A stretch of DNA of 50,648 nucleotides, the filler included, from a bacterium (lineage in GTDB: Bacteria; UBA9089; CG2-30-40-21; SBAY01), in the NCBI GenBank assembly GCA_040757115.1. It is 3 parts of 3 records of this genome, joined end to end, with 100 filler letters (N's around TTAATTAATTAA, not from the genome) between each part and the next. Parts side by side here need not be neighbours in the genome. Positions count along the whole stretch, not along the records: positions 33,905 to 50,648 come from JBFLYA010000077.1; 2 more parts are not named here. One strand, 5' to 3'. Below are positions 38,165 to 49,600 of the stretch, piece after piece. The position numbers were made by a program, and so were the translations under genes. The notes beneath the pieces were generated by a model, which saw only the letters and a list, made by a program, of their open reading frames with translations, had not been told where the DNA came from and made no database searches. Positions within the stretch are counted from its first letter, which is position 1; each line of letters opens with the position of its first letter.

Positions 38165-39190
38165 TTACAATAATTCTTTCACAGCTTCCAACACCTCATT
38201 ACTTGAAATAAGTCGCATACAGTCAAAGGTTTTTATTGGACATTTAGAACTACCTTTCGTGGAACAGGGTCTACAGGGTAAGTCTTTAGAAATGACTCGG
38301 TTAGCCCCTCGATACGGATAATAGCCAAATTCTTTAACCGTAGGCCCAAATATTGCTACGACTGGTGTTTTCACGGCGACACTGATGTGCATTATCCCGG
38401 TATCATTAGTGATAAGCACTTTGCATCTTTTAAGTAAAGCGGCTGTCTCCATAAGAGAAAGTCTGCCGGCGGCAACAATAGGTTTATTAAATAATGCCAA
38501 TTTTATCTCCTGACTTAATTCTACCTCATCCTTACCACCAAAGATGACTATTTTTGATTTCTTGTTCTGGATAAGCCAATTAGCTAATTCAATATATCGT
38601 TCTTTGGGCCATTTTTTGGTTGCCCAATATGCACCTGGCGCTATACCAATTAAAATATCTTCTTTGCTTATTCCCTCACTCCTGAGTAATTCTAATATAA
38701 CTGCTTCTTTTGAAGGAGTTATATAAAATTCTAATCCCTGTCCTTCATCTTCAACACCAAACCTCTCAATAGATTTTAAATAAAGATTAGCCATATAAGG
38801 TGTGTTTGAATAGCGATTTATTTTAAACTTAACTAATAAGAAGCGAAGAAAGGAATGTTTATTGTAAGATACCTTTTGTTTTGCACCACTTGTCAGGCAA
38901 ATCACGAGACTGCGTAGTTTCTTGTGAATATCAACGATTAAATCATATTGTTTTTCCTTTATCTTTTTACATAATCTCAAAAGTCCTCTTATCCCTGTTT
39001 TACGGTCAAACAAAATAACCTGGTTTATATTAGGATTGGCAGAAACCAATTCCTCAAATTCTGCACAGATAACCATATCAATTTCTGCATCAGGGAATCT
39101 TTTCCTGATGAGTCTAATTAAAGGAGAACTTAAGAGAATATCACCTATGGAACTAAGGCGAATGATTAATATTTTTCTATAATTTTCCAC
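38165..39190 (-). CDS. Glycosyltransferase family 9 (LPS heptosyltransferase, WaaF-like)
   Basis: RLSSIGD, PGA...KKWP, NDTG.MH, AIFGPT. Confidence 0.92.
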   Translation of the reverse strand: MENYRKILIIRLSSIGDILLSSPLIRLIRKRFPDAEIDMVICAEFEELVSANPNINQVILFDRKTGIRGLLRLCKKIKEKQYDLIVDIHKKLRSLVICLTSGAKQKVSYNKHSFLRFLLVKFKINRYSNTPYMANLYLKSIERFGVEDEGQGLEFYITPSKEAVILELLRSEGISKEDILIGIAPGAYWATKKWPKERYIELANWLIQNKKSKIVIFGGKDEVELSQEIKLALFNKPIVAAGRLSLMETAALLKRCKVLITNDTGIMHISVAVKTPVVAIFGPTVKEFGYYPYRGANRVISKDLPCRPCSTKGSSKCPIKTFDCMRLISSNEVLEAVKELL

Positions 39191-39200
39191 TTTCTGTTCT

Positions 39201-39551
39201 CTACTTTTTTATCTTAGCACCATTATAGGCATCATAGATGCTGTAAATTCCAAGAATAGCAACCGCAGTAATACTCAAGGCTAAAAGTATAAGCCAGAGA
39301 ATTAACTGGACTATCTGGTGTGGATTTAGCCAGAAGATGTAGACAAGATAAATCGTCGTAATTACGACACAAATCATCAACAAAACTGAGCTTGCCATAA
39401 TGTTAATCCCTTTTCTAATCTGCCCGTTATACACCTGTCCAAGTCCATTAAAGCAAAAAGAAAGAACAGCCGCTACCCCGGGGTCCCGAACACTTCTCTT
39501 TAAAGACTCCTCTTCTATAATCTCTTGTTTTTTTTCCTCTGATAAAATCAT
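39201..39551 (-). CDS. Small membrane protein
   Basis: P.VAAVLS....GLGQVYNGQ..KG and IYDAY motifs. Confidence 0.8.
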   Translation of the reverse strand: MILSEEKKQEIIEEESLKRSVRDPGVAAVLSFCFNGLGQVYNGQIRKGINIMASSVLLMICVVITTIYLVYIFWLNPHQIVQLILWLILLALSITAVAILGIYSIYDAYNGAKIKK

Positions 39552-39969
39552 TTTTTTATCCCTCCTTCATTTTGGTAATTGGTAACTGGTGAATGGTAAT
39601 TAGTTACCAGTTACCATTTAACCGCTTACTTACTTTATAGTTTCGTGAAGCCCTATATATTATATGCTACATAGCATAAAGATTCTCCTGAAAATAGGAA
39701 GTAGAGAGTAGAAAGTAGAAAGTAAAGAAAACATCACTCCTCACGCCTATCTCCTTACTTCCTACCTTCTATCTCCTATCACTATTTTCATCTTCCTTTG
39801 TGAGCCGTAGGTTCATGTCCGGTTCTCCTGAAAATAGTTTTTTCACGCAAAGGACGCAAAGGTAAATTTTTCCTTTATTCCCCTTTGCGTTCTTTGCGTG
39901 CTTGGCGTGAAACTTCCTTTCTTCAAAGAACACAAAGGTTACAAAGTTCTTTCGTTTACCCTGAAGACC

Positions 39970-40056
39970 TGGTGCGAGAGGCGGGAGTTGAACCCGCAAG
40001 GGGAATCCCCACTGGATCCTAAGTCCAGCGCGTCTGCCAGTTTCCGCCACTCTCGC
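39970..40056 (-). tRNA. tRNA-Leu (anticodon TAG)
   Basis: GCGAGAG acceptor stem, CTGGA-CTTAGGA-TCCAG anticodon arm, long variable arm, GGTTCAA, encoded CCA. Confidence 0.96.
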
Positions 40057-40071
40057 TTTTACTATATTTTA

Positions 40072-40170
40072 ATAATACCATACCAGGCGATTTTTGTCAA
40101 TCCTCTTTTTGAATGGACAGCAATTCTAATTATAAATTTACTTGCAATATTTAAAACTATACTGTATAAT
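40072..40170. promoter_or_regulatory. Divergent promoters for tRNA-Leu and hemA
   Basis: Minus strand TTGACA(40095-40100)-17-TATTAT; plus strand TTGCAA(40142)-17-TATAAT(40165). Confidence 0.7.
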
Positions 40171-40179
40171 GAAGTAGAA

Positions 40180-41436
40180 ATGGAGATTATCGTTGTTGGC
40201 GCAAATCATAAAACTATGCCCATCGAATTGCGTGAAAAACTCGCTATCCCGCAAACAAAACTTATAGAAGCATTAAAATCACTCAATCAATCTATCAAAG
40301 AAAGGGTGATTTTATCTACCTGCAATCGGATAGAAGTATATGCGGCTACGACTTATGTAAAAGAGGCAAAGATAAAGATAATAAATTTCTTACATCAATA
40401 CTATCAGGCGAATTTGGAAAATTATCTCTATGTTCATCAAGACAAAGAAGCAATAAGGCATTTATTCGATGTCGCCGCAAGTTTAGATTCGATGATTATT
40501 GGTGAGCCGCAAATTTTAGGACAGGTTAAGGAATCTTATGAACAGGCGTTTAAAATTAATGTTACCGATACTTATCTGGATAATTTATTCCAGAAGGCAA
40601 TATTAGTTGGAAAACAGGTAAGAAATCAGACCGCGATTGGTAAAGGAGCTGTTTCGGTAAGTTTTGCCGCCATAGAATTAGCTAAAAAGATATTTGGTAA
40701 ATTAGACGGTAAGCGGGTCTTAATTATTGGTGCAGGCAAAATAAGTGAAGATACTGCAAAGCACCTATTTGCAAATAAAGTCAGCACAATTTTAGCCACT
40801 AATCGTACCTACGAAAAGGCAAAAGAAATTGCGGATAAATTCTCAGGTCAGGCAATTAAATTTGATGACCTTATTCAAACTTTACCTGAGATGGATATTG
40901 TCATTAGTTCAACATCCGCCCCACATCTCATTATCAAAAAAGAGGATATAAAAAACCTTATGTCCTTACGCAAACATAAACCCATATTCTTTATCGATAT
41001 TGCTGTGCCACGGGATATTGACCCGGGAATCGGCTCTTTTGATGGAATATACCTTTATAATATTGATGATTTACAGACAGTCGTCCAATCTAACATTAAA
41101 TCAAGACAAAAAGAGATAAAAAAATGTCAAATGATTATTGAAAAAGAAACCGAGAAATTCTGTCATTGGCTTAATTTTAGACAACTTTCTCCGATTATTT
41201 CATCATTACAACAAAAAATGGAATCTATTCGAGAGGAGGAATTAAATAAGACTTTTCTCAAGGAAAAAAATCTTACCCAAAAGGAAAAAGAAAGACTAAA
41301 ATTAATTACCGCTAAACTTACTGAAAGATTCTTAAAAGAACCAATTATTGCCTTGAAGAAATATGCCTCATCCGATGACCCAACTTATGGAAAGATATTA
41401 ACCGATTTATTTAATCTCAATAACGACGGACGCTAA
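40180..41436 (+). CDS. hemA: Glutamyl-tRNA reductase
   Basis: STCNR.E, GEPQILGQV, IGAG, DIAVPRD; start corrected to MEIIVVG. Confidence 0.95.
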   Translation: MEIIVVGANHKTMPIELREKLAIPQTKLIEALKSLNQSIKERVILSTCNRIEVYAATTYVKEAKIKIINFLHQYYQANLENYLYVHQDKEAIRHLFDVAASLDSMIIGEPQILGQVKESYEQAFKINVTDTYLDNLFQKAILVGKQVRNQTAIGKGAVSVSFAAIELAKKIFGKLDGKRVLIIGAGKISEDTAKHLFANKVSTILATNRTYEKAKEIADKFSGQAIKFDDLIQTLPEMDIVISSTSAPHLIIKKEDIKNLMSLRKHKPIFFIDIAVPRDIDPGIGSFDGIYLYNIDDLQTVVQSNIKSRQKEIKKCQMIIEKETEKFCHWLNFRQLSPIISSLQQKMESIREEELNKTFLKEKNLTQKEKERLKLITAKLTERFLKEPIIALKKYASSDDPTYGKILTDLFNLNNDGR

Positions 41437-41493
41437 ACAGATACAAATCGTGGAGTTCTCCATAATCAAATTACTGCAACAACGAAAAAATCA

Positions 41494-41523
41494 TTGACAA
41501 TATCTAAAGTGATATGGTATAGT
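41494..41523 (+). promoter_or_regulatory. Promoter for glmS
   Basis: TTGACA-18-TATAGT with extended -10 TG. Confidence 0.55.
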
Positions 41524-41560
41524 GATAATCATACAAATCTTATGAGAATGGAGGGATATA

Positions 41561-43387
41561 ATGTGTGGAATTGTAGGTTATGTTGGTCCGAAAGATGCAA
41601 CGCCAATACTAATTGATGGTTTAAAAAGATTAGAATATCGAGGTTATGATTCAGCGGGGGTTGCGGTTATGAGCAATTCCCATATTGAGTTAAGACGCAG
41701 TGTGGGAAAGATATTAAACTTAGAGGAGATTATCCGTAATGAACCTCTTTCTGGCAATTTAGGACTTGCCCATACCCGCTGGGCAACTCATGGCAGACCT
41801 TCAGAAGAAAATGCCCACCCACATCGCGATTGCAAAGAGCAACTAATTGTAGTTCATAACGGAATTATTGAAAATTACACCCACTTAAAAGAGAAATTAA
41901 TTCTCAATGGCCATCAGTTCAGGTCACAAACCGATACTGAGGTAATTGCCCATTTGATTGAAGAATATTTAAAAGATGACCTGAGTTCAGCAGTCAAAAT
42001 AGCACTAAGTAAAGTAGAAGGTGCTTATGCCCTGGGGGTAATTAGTTGTAACCAACCTGACCGCATCGTTGCGGCAAGATTGGCCAGTCCATTGGTCATA
42101 GGTTTAGGAGATGGAGAGTTTTTTATCGCCTCGGATATACCGGCTATTTTACCATACACTCGGCAGGTTATATTTTTAGATGATGAAGAAATGGCTGTCC
42201 TGAGTCAAAATGGAGTAAAAATTACGACAATAAAAGGCAAACCAGTTAAAAAAACAATGACTTATGTAGATTGGGACCCCATTATGGCTGAAAAAGGTGG
42301 CTATCGACATTTTATGTTAAAAGAAATCTATGAACAACCCCGAGCGATTGAAGATACCATTCGAGGTCGAATAATAGAAGACGAGGTTTATTTAGACGAG
42401 TTGAATTTAAGTCAAGAGGAAATATCGAATATTGATAAAATAGTTATTGTTGCCTGTGGCACAGCTTACTATGCCGGCGTAGTTAGTAAATTTATGTTAG
42501 AAGAATTAACCCAAATCCCAACCGAGGTGGATATAGGTTCTGAATTTAGATATAAAAACCCAATTTTATCTAAAAATACCTTGCTTATTGCTATCTCTCA
42601 ATCAGGTGAGACCGCAGATACATTAGCCGCAGTTAAAGAAGGGAAAAATAAAGGGGCAAAAATTATCTCTGTTTGTAATGTTATTGGCTCCTCGCTTACC
42701 CGTGAGTCTAAAAATGGCGTTGTTTATACCCGTGCCGGAATAGAAATAGGTGTAGCTTCCACTAAGGCATTTACTTCACAATTAACTGCACTTTATTTAT
42801 TAGCAGTTTATCTTGGTCGTCAACGCAAAGTTATTGATTTAAGAAAAACTAAAGAATTACTGGACCAACTTCGACTTATACCAATGGAAGTAGAAAATAT
42901 CTTAAATGAGGCAGGAAAGATTGAAGACATAAGCCACAAATTTCATACTTATGAAAATTTTCTTTATTTAGGTCGAGGAATTAATTACCCAATTGCCTTA
43001 GAAGGGGCACTGAAATTAAAAGAAATATCCTATATCCATGCCGAAGGTTATCCGGCAGGTGAGATGAAACATGGTCCAATCGCCTTAATTGATGAAAATA
43101 TGCCAGTGGTGACTATTGCGACACAAGGACAGCTTTATGAGAAAATTATGAGTAATATTGAAGAGGCAAAGGCAAGAGGAGGAATTATTATTGCCGTAGC
43201 CACGGCTGGTGATAATAAAATAACCAAAAAGGTAGCCCATACCATTCATATCCCAAAAACTACACCTCTTCTTAGTCCTATCTTAGCCGTTATTCCATTA
43301 CAATTATTAGCCTATCACATCGCTCATCATCGTGGTTGTGATGTTGACCAGCCAAGAAATCTGGCTAAAAGCGTCACTGTCGAGTAG
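41561..43387 (+). CDS. glmS: Glutamine--fructose-6-phosphate aminotransferase
   Basis: MCGIVG, HTRWATHG, SQSGETADT, PRNLAKSVTVE. Confidence 0.98.
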   Translation: MCGIVGYVGPKDATPILIDGLKRLEYRGYDSAGVAVMSNSHIELRRSVGKILNLEEIIRNEPLSGNLGLAHTRWATHGRPSEENAHPHRDCKEQLIVVHNGIIENYTHLKEKLILNGHQFRSQTDTEVIAHLIEEYLKDDLSSAVKIALSKVEGAYALGVISCNQPDRIVAARLASPLVIGLGDGEFFIASDIPAILPYTRQVIFLDDEEMAVLSQNGVKITTIKGKPVKKTMTYVDWDPIMAEKGGYRHFMLKEIYEQPRAIEDTIRGRIIEDEVYLDELNLSQEEISNIDKIVIVACGTAYYAGVVSKFMLEELTQIPTEVDIGSEFRYKNPILSKNTLLIAISQSGETADTLAAVKEGKNKGAKIISVCNVIGSSLTRESKNGVVYTRAGIEIGVASTKAFTSQLTALYLLAVYLGRQRKVIDLRKTKELLDQLRLIPMEVENILNEAGKIEDISHKFHTYENFLYLGRGINYPIALEGALKLKEISYIHAEGYPAGEMKHGPIALIDENMPVVTIATQGQLYEKIMSNIEEAKARGGIIIAVATAGDNKITKKVAHTIHIPKTTPLLSPILAVIPLQLLAYHIAHHRGCDVDQPRNLAKSVTVE

Positions 43388-43458
43388 AACAGGATGATGA
43401 CTAAAATTAGAGAAAAAATATCAGCGATAATCTACGGTAAAATCTTGCAGGAGGTAAT

Positions 43459-44274
43459 ATGTTAGCCAAAAGAATTATTCCCTGCCTTGATGTAGATAAA
43501 GGTCGGGTAGTTAAAGGTGTAAATTTTGTTAATATCCGTGATGCTGGCGACCCGGTGGAAGCGGCAGCGTTGTATGACCAGGAAGGGGCAGATGAATTAG
43601 TTTTTTTAGATATTACTGCCTCTTATGAAGATAGAAATATTATGATTGATGTTGTTCAAAGGACAGCAGAAGTCGCCTTTATGCCACTTACCGTCGGTGG
43701 TGGAATAAGGACTCTTGATGATATTGAGGCTCTATTGAGGGCAGGTGCGGATAGGGTATCGATGAATACAGCCGCGGTGAATAGACCCGCCTTTGTCAAA
43801 GAAGCCGCCGAGCGTTTTGGTAGTCAGTGTATCATTGTCGCTATTGATGCTAAAAAACATCGCACCGAATCAGGATTTAAAACCGAAGGTATGGGCGACC
43901 TTATTGTTGGCTATCAGGCTCAAGAATGCTGGAAGGTATATATTAATGGTGGACGAACCCAGACAAATATTGACGCCCTGCAATGGGCAAAAAAAGTAGA
44001 AGAATTGGGCGCCGGCGAAATTTTATTGACCAGTATGGATAAAGATGGCACTAAAAATGGCTATGACCTTGAGTTGACAAAGGCTATCTCAGATTTAGTT
44101 AATATCCCAATCATTGCCTCAGGCGGGGCTGGTAAATTAGAGCATTTCTTTGAAGTATTAACCTTAGGTGGAGCAGATGCCGCCTTAGCCGCTTCCCTCT
44201 TTCACTACCGTGAGTTACCTATCCCTCAGGTTAAACAATACCTCAATTCTAAAGGAGTCGTGGTAAGAATTTAA
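43459..44274 (+). CDS. hisF: Imidazole glycerol phosphate synthase cyclase subunit
   Basis: [35 protein letters not shown]. Confidence 0.97.
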   Translation: MLAKRIIPCLDVDKGRVVKGVNFVNIRDAGDPVEAAALYDQEGADELVFLDITASYEDRNIMIDVVQRTAEVAFMPLTVGGGIRTLDDIEALLRAGADRVSMNTAAVNRPAFVKEAAERFGSQCIIVAIDAKKHRTESGFKTEGMGDLIVGYQAQECWKVYINGGRTQTNIDALQWAKKVEELGAGEILLTSMDKDGTKNGYDLELTKAISDLVNIPIIASGGAGKLEHFFEVLTLGGADAALAASLFHYRELPIPQVKQYLNSKGVVVRI

Positions 44275-44480
44275 CTAATGGTTCAAATAACTGACCCATT
44301 ACTGTTTTTGTTCTGTCTTAGATGAAAATGAATAATTGAGAAAAAAAGTGGTAGAATATTAAGGGAAAAAATATAAGTCCTTACCTGACTATCTTATACT
44401 GGTTTAGCTCCGCATTCCATTTTTACACTTTACCCACAAATTTTACATACACCCGACCTAAAAAAACACTCTTAAATTAC

Positions 44481-44509
44481 TTGACAAATTATCTGTTTTA
44501 TGTTATAAT
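44481..44509 (+). promoter_or_regulatory. Consensus sigma70 promoter
   Basis: TTGACA-17-TATAAT with extended -10 TG. Confidence 0.8.
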
Positions 44510-44757
44510 TAAAATATGAAAATTAATGATGGAGAGGTCCAAAAAATGTTTATTCCAACTAATCAAGGAAATATTCAGGCAATCCAGGAGATAAAATCTA
44601 TCTGTAGAGGATTGCCTTATTTTTATTAGGTGAACAGGTAGTTAGTTAAATCTGTTCCTGATAAAGGTCTGCTCCTGACAGGCTCAGGAGTTCAAGAATG
44701 GTAAGTGGCTAAATAGTTACCAGTTACCAAAAAAACGAGGGGGGAAATAAAAAAATG

Positions 44758-44940
44758 CGACCTGTATGGTTAGAATAAACCACGAAGGGCAGGGAGAAAA
44801 ACTGTTCGTAGGTAAAGGATTAACAGCGAAATTTCCATCAAGAGACAGGCTCCGTGGATGAAATTGAAAAATTTATTTTATAATTGTGTCCTTAGTGGTT
44901 TTTAAAGAGATGTGTAAAGTTAGTCTAATCATACAGGTCG
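44758..44940. mobile_element. CGACCTG-family element
   Basis: CGACCTGTATGGTTAG..CTAATCATACAGGTCG. Confidence 0.75.
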
Positions 44941-44949
44941 AAGTTTTTT

Positions 44950-45428
44950 GTAGCCGTTCAGGTGTAAATAAGGGAAAAGGGGAAATAGAGGAAAAATGGA
45001 AAAGGAAGAAAGAGAAATACTAATCAATAAAATCATAGGTTATTGTATAGATGTACATAAAGAGTTAGGTCCGGGATTTATTGAAACTGTTTATCACAAA
45101 AGCTTAGAGAGCAAATTTAAAGATGAAAAACTAAACTTTGAATCTCAGAAGGAGATACCAATATATTATCATAATAGATTTGTTGGAATACATAAGTTAG
45201 ATTTCTTAATAGAGAATGAGATTATTTTGGAAATTAAGACAGTTGAAGAAATTCATAACAAGTATTATGCACAGGTAAGATCCTATCTGAAAGCAGTAGA
45301 TAAAAAGATGGGTTTGTTGATCAACTTTGCTGATTTTAAACTGGATATACGGAGAGTGGAAATAAATAAATAATTTTCCCTTTTCCCCAACTTTTCCATT
45401 TTCCCTTCATTACACCCTGAACGCTTAC
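44950..45428. mobile_element. GTAAC-family element containing a GxxExxY gene
   Basis: GTAGCCGTTCAGG..CCTGAACGCTTAC; purine- and pyrimidine-rich inverted flanks around the gene. Confidence 0.75.
44996..45373 (+). CDS. GxxExxY protein
   Basis: VHKELGPGFIETVY, LDFLIE, LEIK, AQVRSYLK. Confidence 0.93.
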   Translation: MEKEEREILINKIIGYCIDVHKELGPGFIETVYHKSLESKFKDEKLNFESQKEIPIYYHNRFVGIHKLDFLIENEIILEIKTVEEIHNKYYAQVRSYLKAVDKKMGLLINFADFKLDIRRVEINK

Positions 45429-45521
45429 CTGTTATCCAGGATTTACATTTATGTTTTATCGGATGGCAAGACGATAGAGACGCAAAGGGTGCTATGAGAA
45501 AAAACAGGAGGTAGAAAATAA

Positions 45522-46040
45522 ATGTTAGATGGTGTAGCAAATGTTTTAAATAGAATACAACAAATAAGCAAAAAATTTACAGAAATCGCTGGAGTCAGTG
45601 GTGATGGTAGTCCTTCTTTTCAACAAACATTAGATGAGGCGATTGAAGAGACAAAAAGTGCCCCTTTTTCTGAATTGATTGATACTTATAGTGAAAAATA
45701 TGGAATAGACCCTAAATTAATCAATTCTATTATCAAGGCAGAATCAAATTTTAATCCTAACGCCGTCTCTAAAGCCGGGGCATCAGGATTGATGCAGTTA
45801 ATGCCTGAAACTGCTAAGGCATTAGGGATAACTAATATCTTTGCCCCGGATGAAAATATCGAAGGGGGAATCAAATATTTTAAAACGCTATTGGATGAAT
45901 TTAATCAGAATCTACCTTTAGCCTTAGCCGCTTATAACGCAGGACCTGAAATAGTTAAAAAAACTAATAATATCCCCCAAATTGATGAGACTAAAAATTA
46001 TGTGGAAAAGGTATTAAATTTTTATAAGGAGACTAAATAA
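45522..46040 (+). CDS. Lytic transglycosylase (SLT domain)
   Basis: AESNFNPNAVS, GLMQLMP, ALAAYNAG. Confidence 0.93.
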   Translation: MLDGVANVLNRIQQISKKFTEIAGVSGDGSPSFQQTLDEAIEETKSAPFSELIDTYSEKYGIDPKLINSIIKAESNFNPNAVSKAGASGLMQLMPETAKALGITNIFAPDENIEGGIKYFKTLLDEFNQNLPLALAAYNAGPEIVKKTNNIPQIDETKNYVEKVLNFYKETK

Positions 46041-46041
46041 G

Positions 46042-46620
46042 ATGTTAAAAAACCAAACAGGAAAAGGGAATTTACCAATGGTATTCTTACTTTTATGTAT
46101 ATTGATTGGGCTATTAGCTGGGAGTGTCTATCTTTTTGATGTCTTAGGAATATTTGATAAAGAGAAAATACTCGCTAAAGTTCCTGGAATAGGTATGTTT
46201 TTTACACCACCTAAAATTACTTATGAGGATGTCCAAAAAGAGGAATTACGGAAATTAAAAGAGTCAATTGACCTTAAACTACTTGAGTTAGAAGAGAAGG
46301 AGGAAAAATTAGCCCAAAAAGATAAAAAGTTGAAAAGCCGTGCAGAAGAACTTCTTTTGGCAGAGGAAGAATTACACCGTAAAAAACAAGCAATGGAAGA
46401 AAAACAAAGAATGTATGATGACCAGGAGGCAAAATGGGAGAAATTAGTTACCTATTATGAAGGAATGAAACCAGATGCCGCCGCAAAGATTCTCGCTGAA
46501 ATGGATGACCAGATAGTCGTAGAGATATTCAAAAGAATGAAAAAATCTCAGGTAGCTATTGTCATGATGAAAATGGACCCAAAACGAGCCAGTGAAATAT
46601 CCAGGAAAATGAGTAGATAA
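46042..46620 (+). CDS. Flagellar MotE/FlbB/YlxF-like protein
   Basis: N-terminal TM helix, coiled coil, YEGMKPDAAAKIL..MD...M.P..A. Confidence 0.8.
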   Translation: MLKNQTGKGNLPMVFLLLCILIGLLAGSVYLFDVLGIFDKEKILAKVPGIGMFFTPPKITYEDVQKEELRKLKESIDLKLLELEEKEEKLAQKDKKLKSRAEELLLAEEELHRKKQAMEEKQRMYDDQEAKWEKLVTYYEGMKPDAAAKILAEMDDQIVVEIFKRMKKSQVAIVMMKMDPKRASEISRKMSR

Positions 46621-46684
46621 ATTGGTAACTGGTAATAGGTGAGCGGTAATTGTTTAACCAATCACTAACGAAAAGGGTGAAAAA

Positions 46685-49600
46685 GTGAAAGTATTATTTT
46701 CAAAAGCAGGTTTGCAATTTAATAAGTTTCTTGATATTCAAAATGAAGAGAATTTAATTATAAATAAAGGCTCTTTTCTATCTCATCTTGTTCAATCGGC
46801 GATGAAAGAAGATAGAAGAATCTCTCTAAACAACCTGTCTTCTTTTAAAACTCCTGCATTACCAGATTTATTTAAAAATATGCCCGGCGATGTGCCATCA
46901 TCTAAAATCTATATTACTTCAATGGAAAAACTCCCTCAGAAAGTAGTTGAGAAATTTCTTGGATTAAAAAAAGATGTTCCGCAACTTATAATTACTGAAG
47001 TAATTGACCATCCTAATCCTTTATTTGGACATCCAAAACCAGTATTTGCTACCCCGGATGTTAATTTAAGAACAATTGAAAAAAATCCGCTGATAAAAGA
47101 AAGAGAGATTAAAGATAAAAGTAGCGAGGTAAAAGAGAAAAGTGTTAGTGCTGAGTTAAGAGGTAGCGACCGATTACCGATTACCGACCAGGAATTACCC
47201 ATTACCGCTAATCCGAAAGTAGTAATAACTAAGCCGGATGTCCATGGAGTCCCGAGTCCCGAGCCCCGAGCCCCGAGCCCCAATCCAAAAGTAATAATAA
47301 CTAAGCCGGATGTCAATGAGCGAGTGATAAAGGGAGGCGAGGTTAAGGTTGAGGTTAAAGGTAGTGAGATAAAGGGTCAGGAAGTTATTGCCAAATCAGG
47401 AGTTAGTGACCAATTACCAATTACCAATTACCAATTACCGATAACCGACCAGGAATTACCTGTTACCGCTAATCCGAAAGTAGTAATAACTAAGCCGGAT
47501 GTCAATGAACGAGTGATAAAGGGAGGCGAGGTCAAGGTTGAGGTTAAAGGTAGTGAGATAAAGGGTCAGGAAGCTACTGCCAACCAGGGATTACCAATTA
47601 CCAGTTACCAATTACCAATTACCAATTGTGAGATAAAAGGTCAGGAAGTTACTGTCAAATCAGGAGTTAGTGACCAATTACCAATTACCAATTACCAATT
47701 ACCGATAACCGACCAGGAATTGCCTGTTACCGCCAATCCGAAAGTAGTAATAACTAAACCTGATGTTAATGGGATCCCGAGTCCCGAGTCCCGAGCCCCG
47801 AGCCCCGAGTCCCGAGTCCCGAGCCCCAATCCGAAAGTAGTAATAACTAAGCCGGATGTCAATGAACGAGTGATAAAGGGAGGCGAGGTCAAGGTTGAGG
47901 TTAAAGGTAGTGAGATAAAGGGTCAGGAAGTTACTGCCAAATCAGGAGTTAGTGACCAATTACCAATTACCAATTACCAATTACCGATAACCGACCAGGA
48001 ATTACCCATTACCGCTAATCCGAAAGTAGTAATAACTAAGCCGGATGTCAATGGAATCCCGAGTCCCGAGTCCCGAGTCCCGAGCCCCGAGTCCCGAGCC
48101 CCGAGCCCCAATCCAAAAGTAATAATAACTAAGCCGGATATAAATGAGCGAGTGATAAAGGGAGGCGAGGTTAAGGTTGAGGTTAAAGGTAGTGAGATAA
48201 AAGGTCAGGAAGTTACTGCCAAATCAGGAGTTAGTGACCAATTACCAATTACCAATTACCAATTACCAATTACCGACCAGGAATTACCCATTACCGCTAA
48301 TCCGAAAGTAGTAATAACTAAGCCGGATATCAATGAGCGAGTGATAAAGGGAGGCGAGGTTAAGGTTGAGGTTAAAGGTAGTGAGATAAAAGGTCAGGAA
48401 GTTACTACCAAATCAGGAGTTAGTGACCAATTACCAATTACCAATTACCAATTACCGATAACCGACCAGGAATTACCTGTTACCGCTAATCCGAAAGTAG
48501 TAATAACTAAGCCGGATGTCAATGGAGTCCCGAACCCCGAGTCCCGAGCCCCGAGCCCCGAGCCTCGAGTCCCGAGTCCCGAGCCAAAAGTAATAATAAC
48601 TAAGCCGGATATCAATGAGCGAGTGATAAAGGGAGGCGAGGTTAAGGTTGAGGTTAAAGGTAGTGAGATAAAGGGTCAGGAAGTTATTGCCAAATCAGGA
48701 GTTAGTGACCAATTACCAATTACCAATTACCAATTACCGATGACCGACCAGGAATTACCCATTACCGCTAATCCGAAAGTAGTAATAACTAAGCCGGATG
48801 TCAATGGAATCCCGAGTCCCGAGTCCCGAGTCCCGAGCCCCGAGTCCCGAGCCCCGAGCCCCAATCCAAAAGTACTAATAACTAAGCCGGATATAAATGA
48901 GCGAGTGATAAAGGGAGGCGAGGTTAAGGTTGAGGTTAAAGGTAGTGAGATAAAGGGGCAGGAAGTTACTGCCAAATCAGGAGTTAGTGACCAATTACCA
49001 ATTACCAATTACCAATTACCGATAACCGACCAGGAATTGTCTGTTACCGCCAATCCAAAAGTAGTAATAACTAAGCCGGATATAAATGAGCGAGTGATAA
49101 AGGGAGGCGAGGTTAAGGTTGAGGTTAAAGGTAGTGAGATAAAAGGTCAGGAAGTTATTGCTAAATCAGGAGTTAGTGACCAATTACCAATTACCAATTA
49201 CCAATTACCGATAACCGACCAGGAATTACCTGTTACTGCTAATCCGAAAGTAGTAATAACTAATCTGGATGTCAATGGAATCCCGAGTCCCGAGTCCCGA
49301 GTCCCGAGTCCCGAGTCCCGAGTCCCGACCCCCGAGTCCCGAGTCCCGAGTCCCGAGCCAAAAGTAATAATAACTAAGCCGGATGTCAATGAGCGAGTGA
49401 TAAAGGGAGGCGAGGTTAAGGTTGAGGTTAAAGGTAGTGAGATAAAAGGTCAGGAAGTTATTGCTAAATCAGGAGTTAGTGACCAATTACCAATTACCAA
49501 TTACCAATTACCGATAACCGACCAGCAGTTACCCGTTACTGCCACTCCAAAAGCAGTAATAACTAAGCCGGATGTCCATGGAGTTCCGAGTCCCGAGCCC

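Noticed and set aside
39769-40179. 93-aa ORF and the N-terminal extension of hemA
   Set aside because: Both overlap tRNA-Leu and its promoter; HemA similarity starts at 40180.
41437-41560. glmS ribozyme
   Set aside because: Only about 35 nt lie between the promoter and the start codon, and no conserved core is visible.
45465-45495. c-di-GMP-I riboswitch-like GGCAA..GACGCAAAG before the transglycosylase
   Set aside because: No P2 stem with GNRA loop between the motifs; an Rfam scan would settle it.
452-45874. Remaining short ORFs antisense to or nested in confident genes
   Set aside because: Shadow frames without motifs or ribosome-binding sites.
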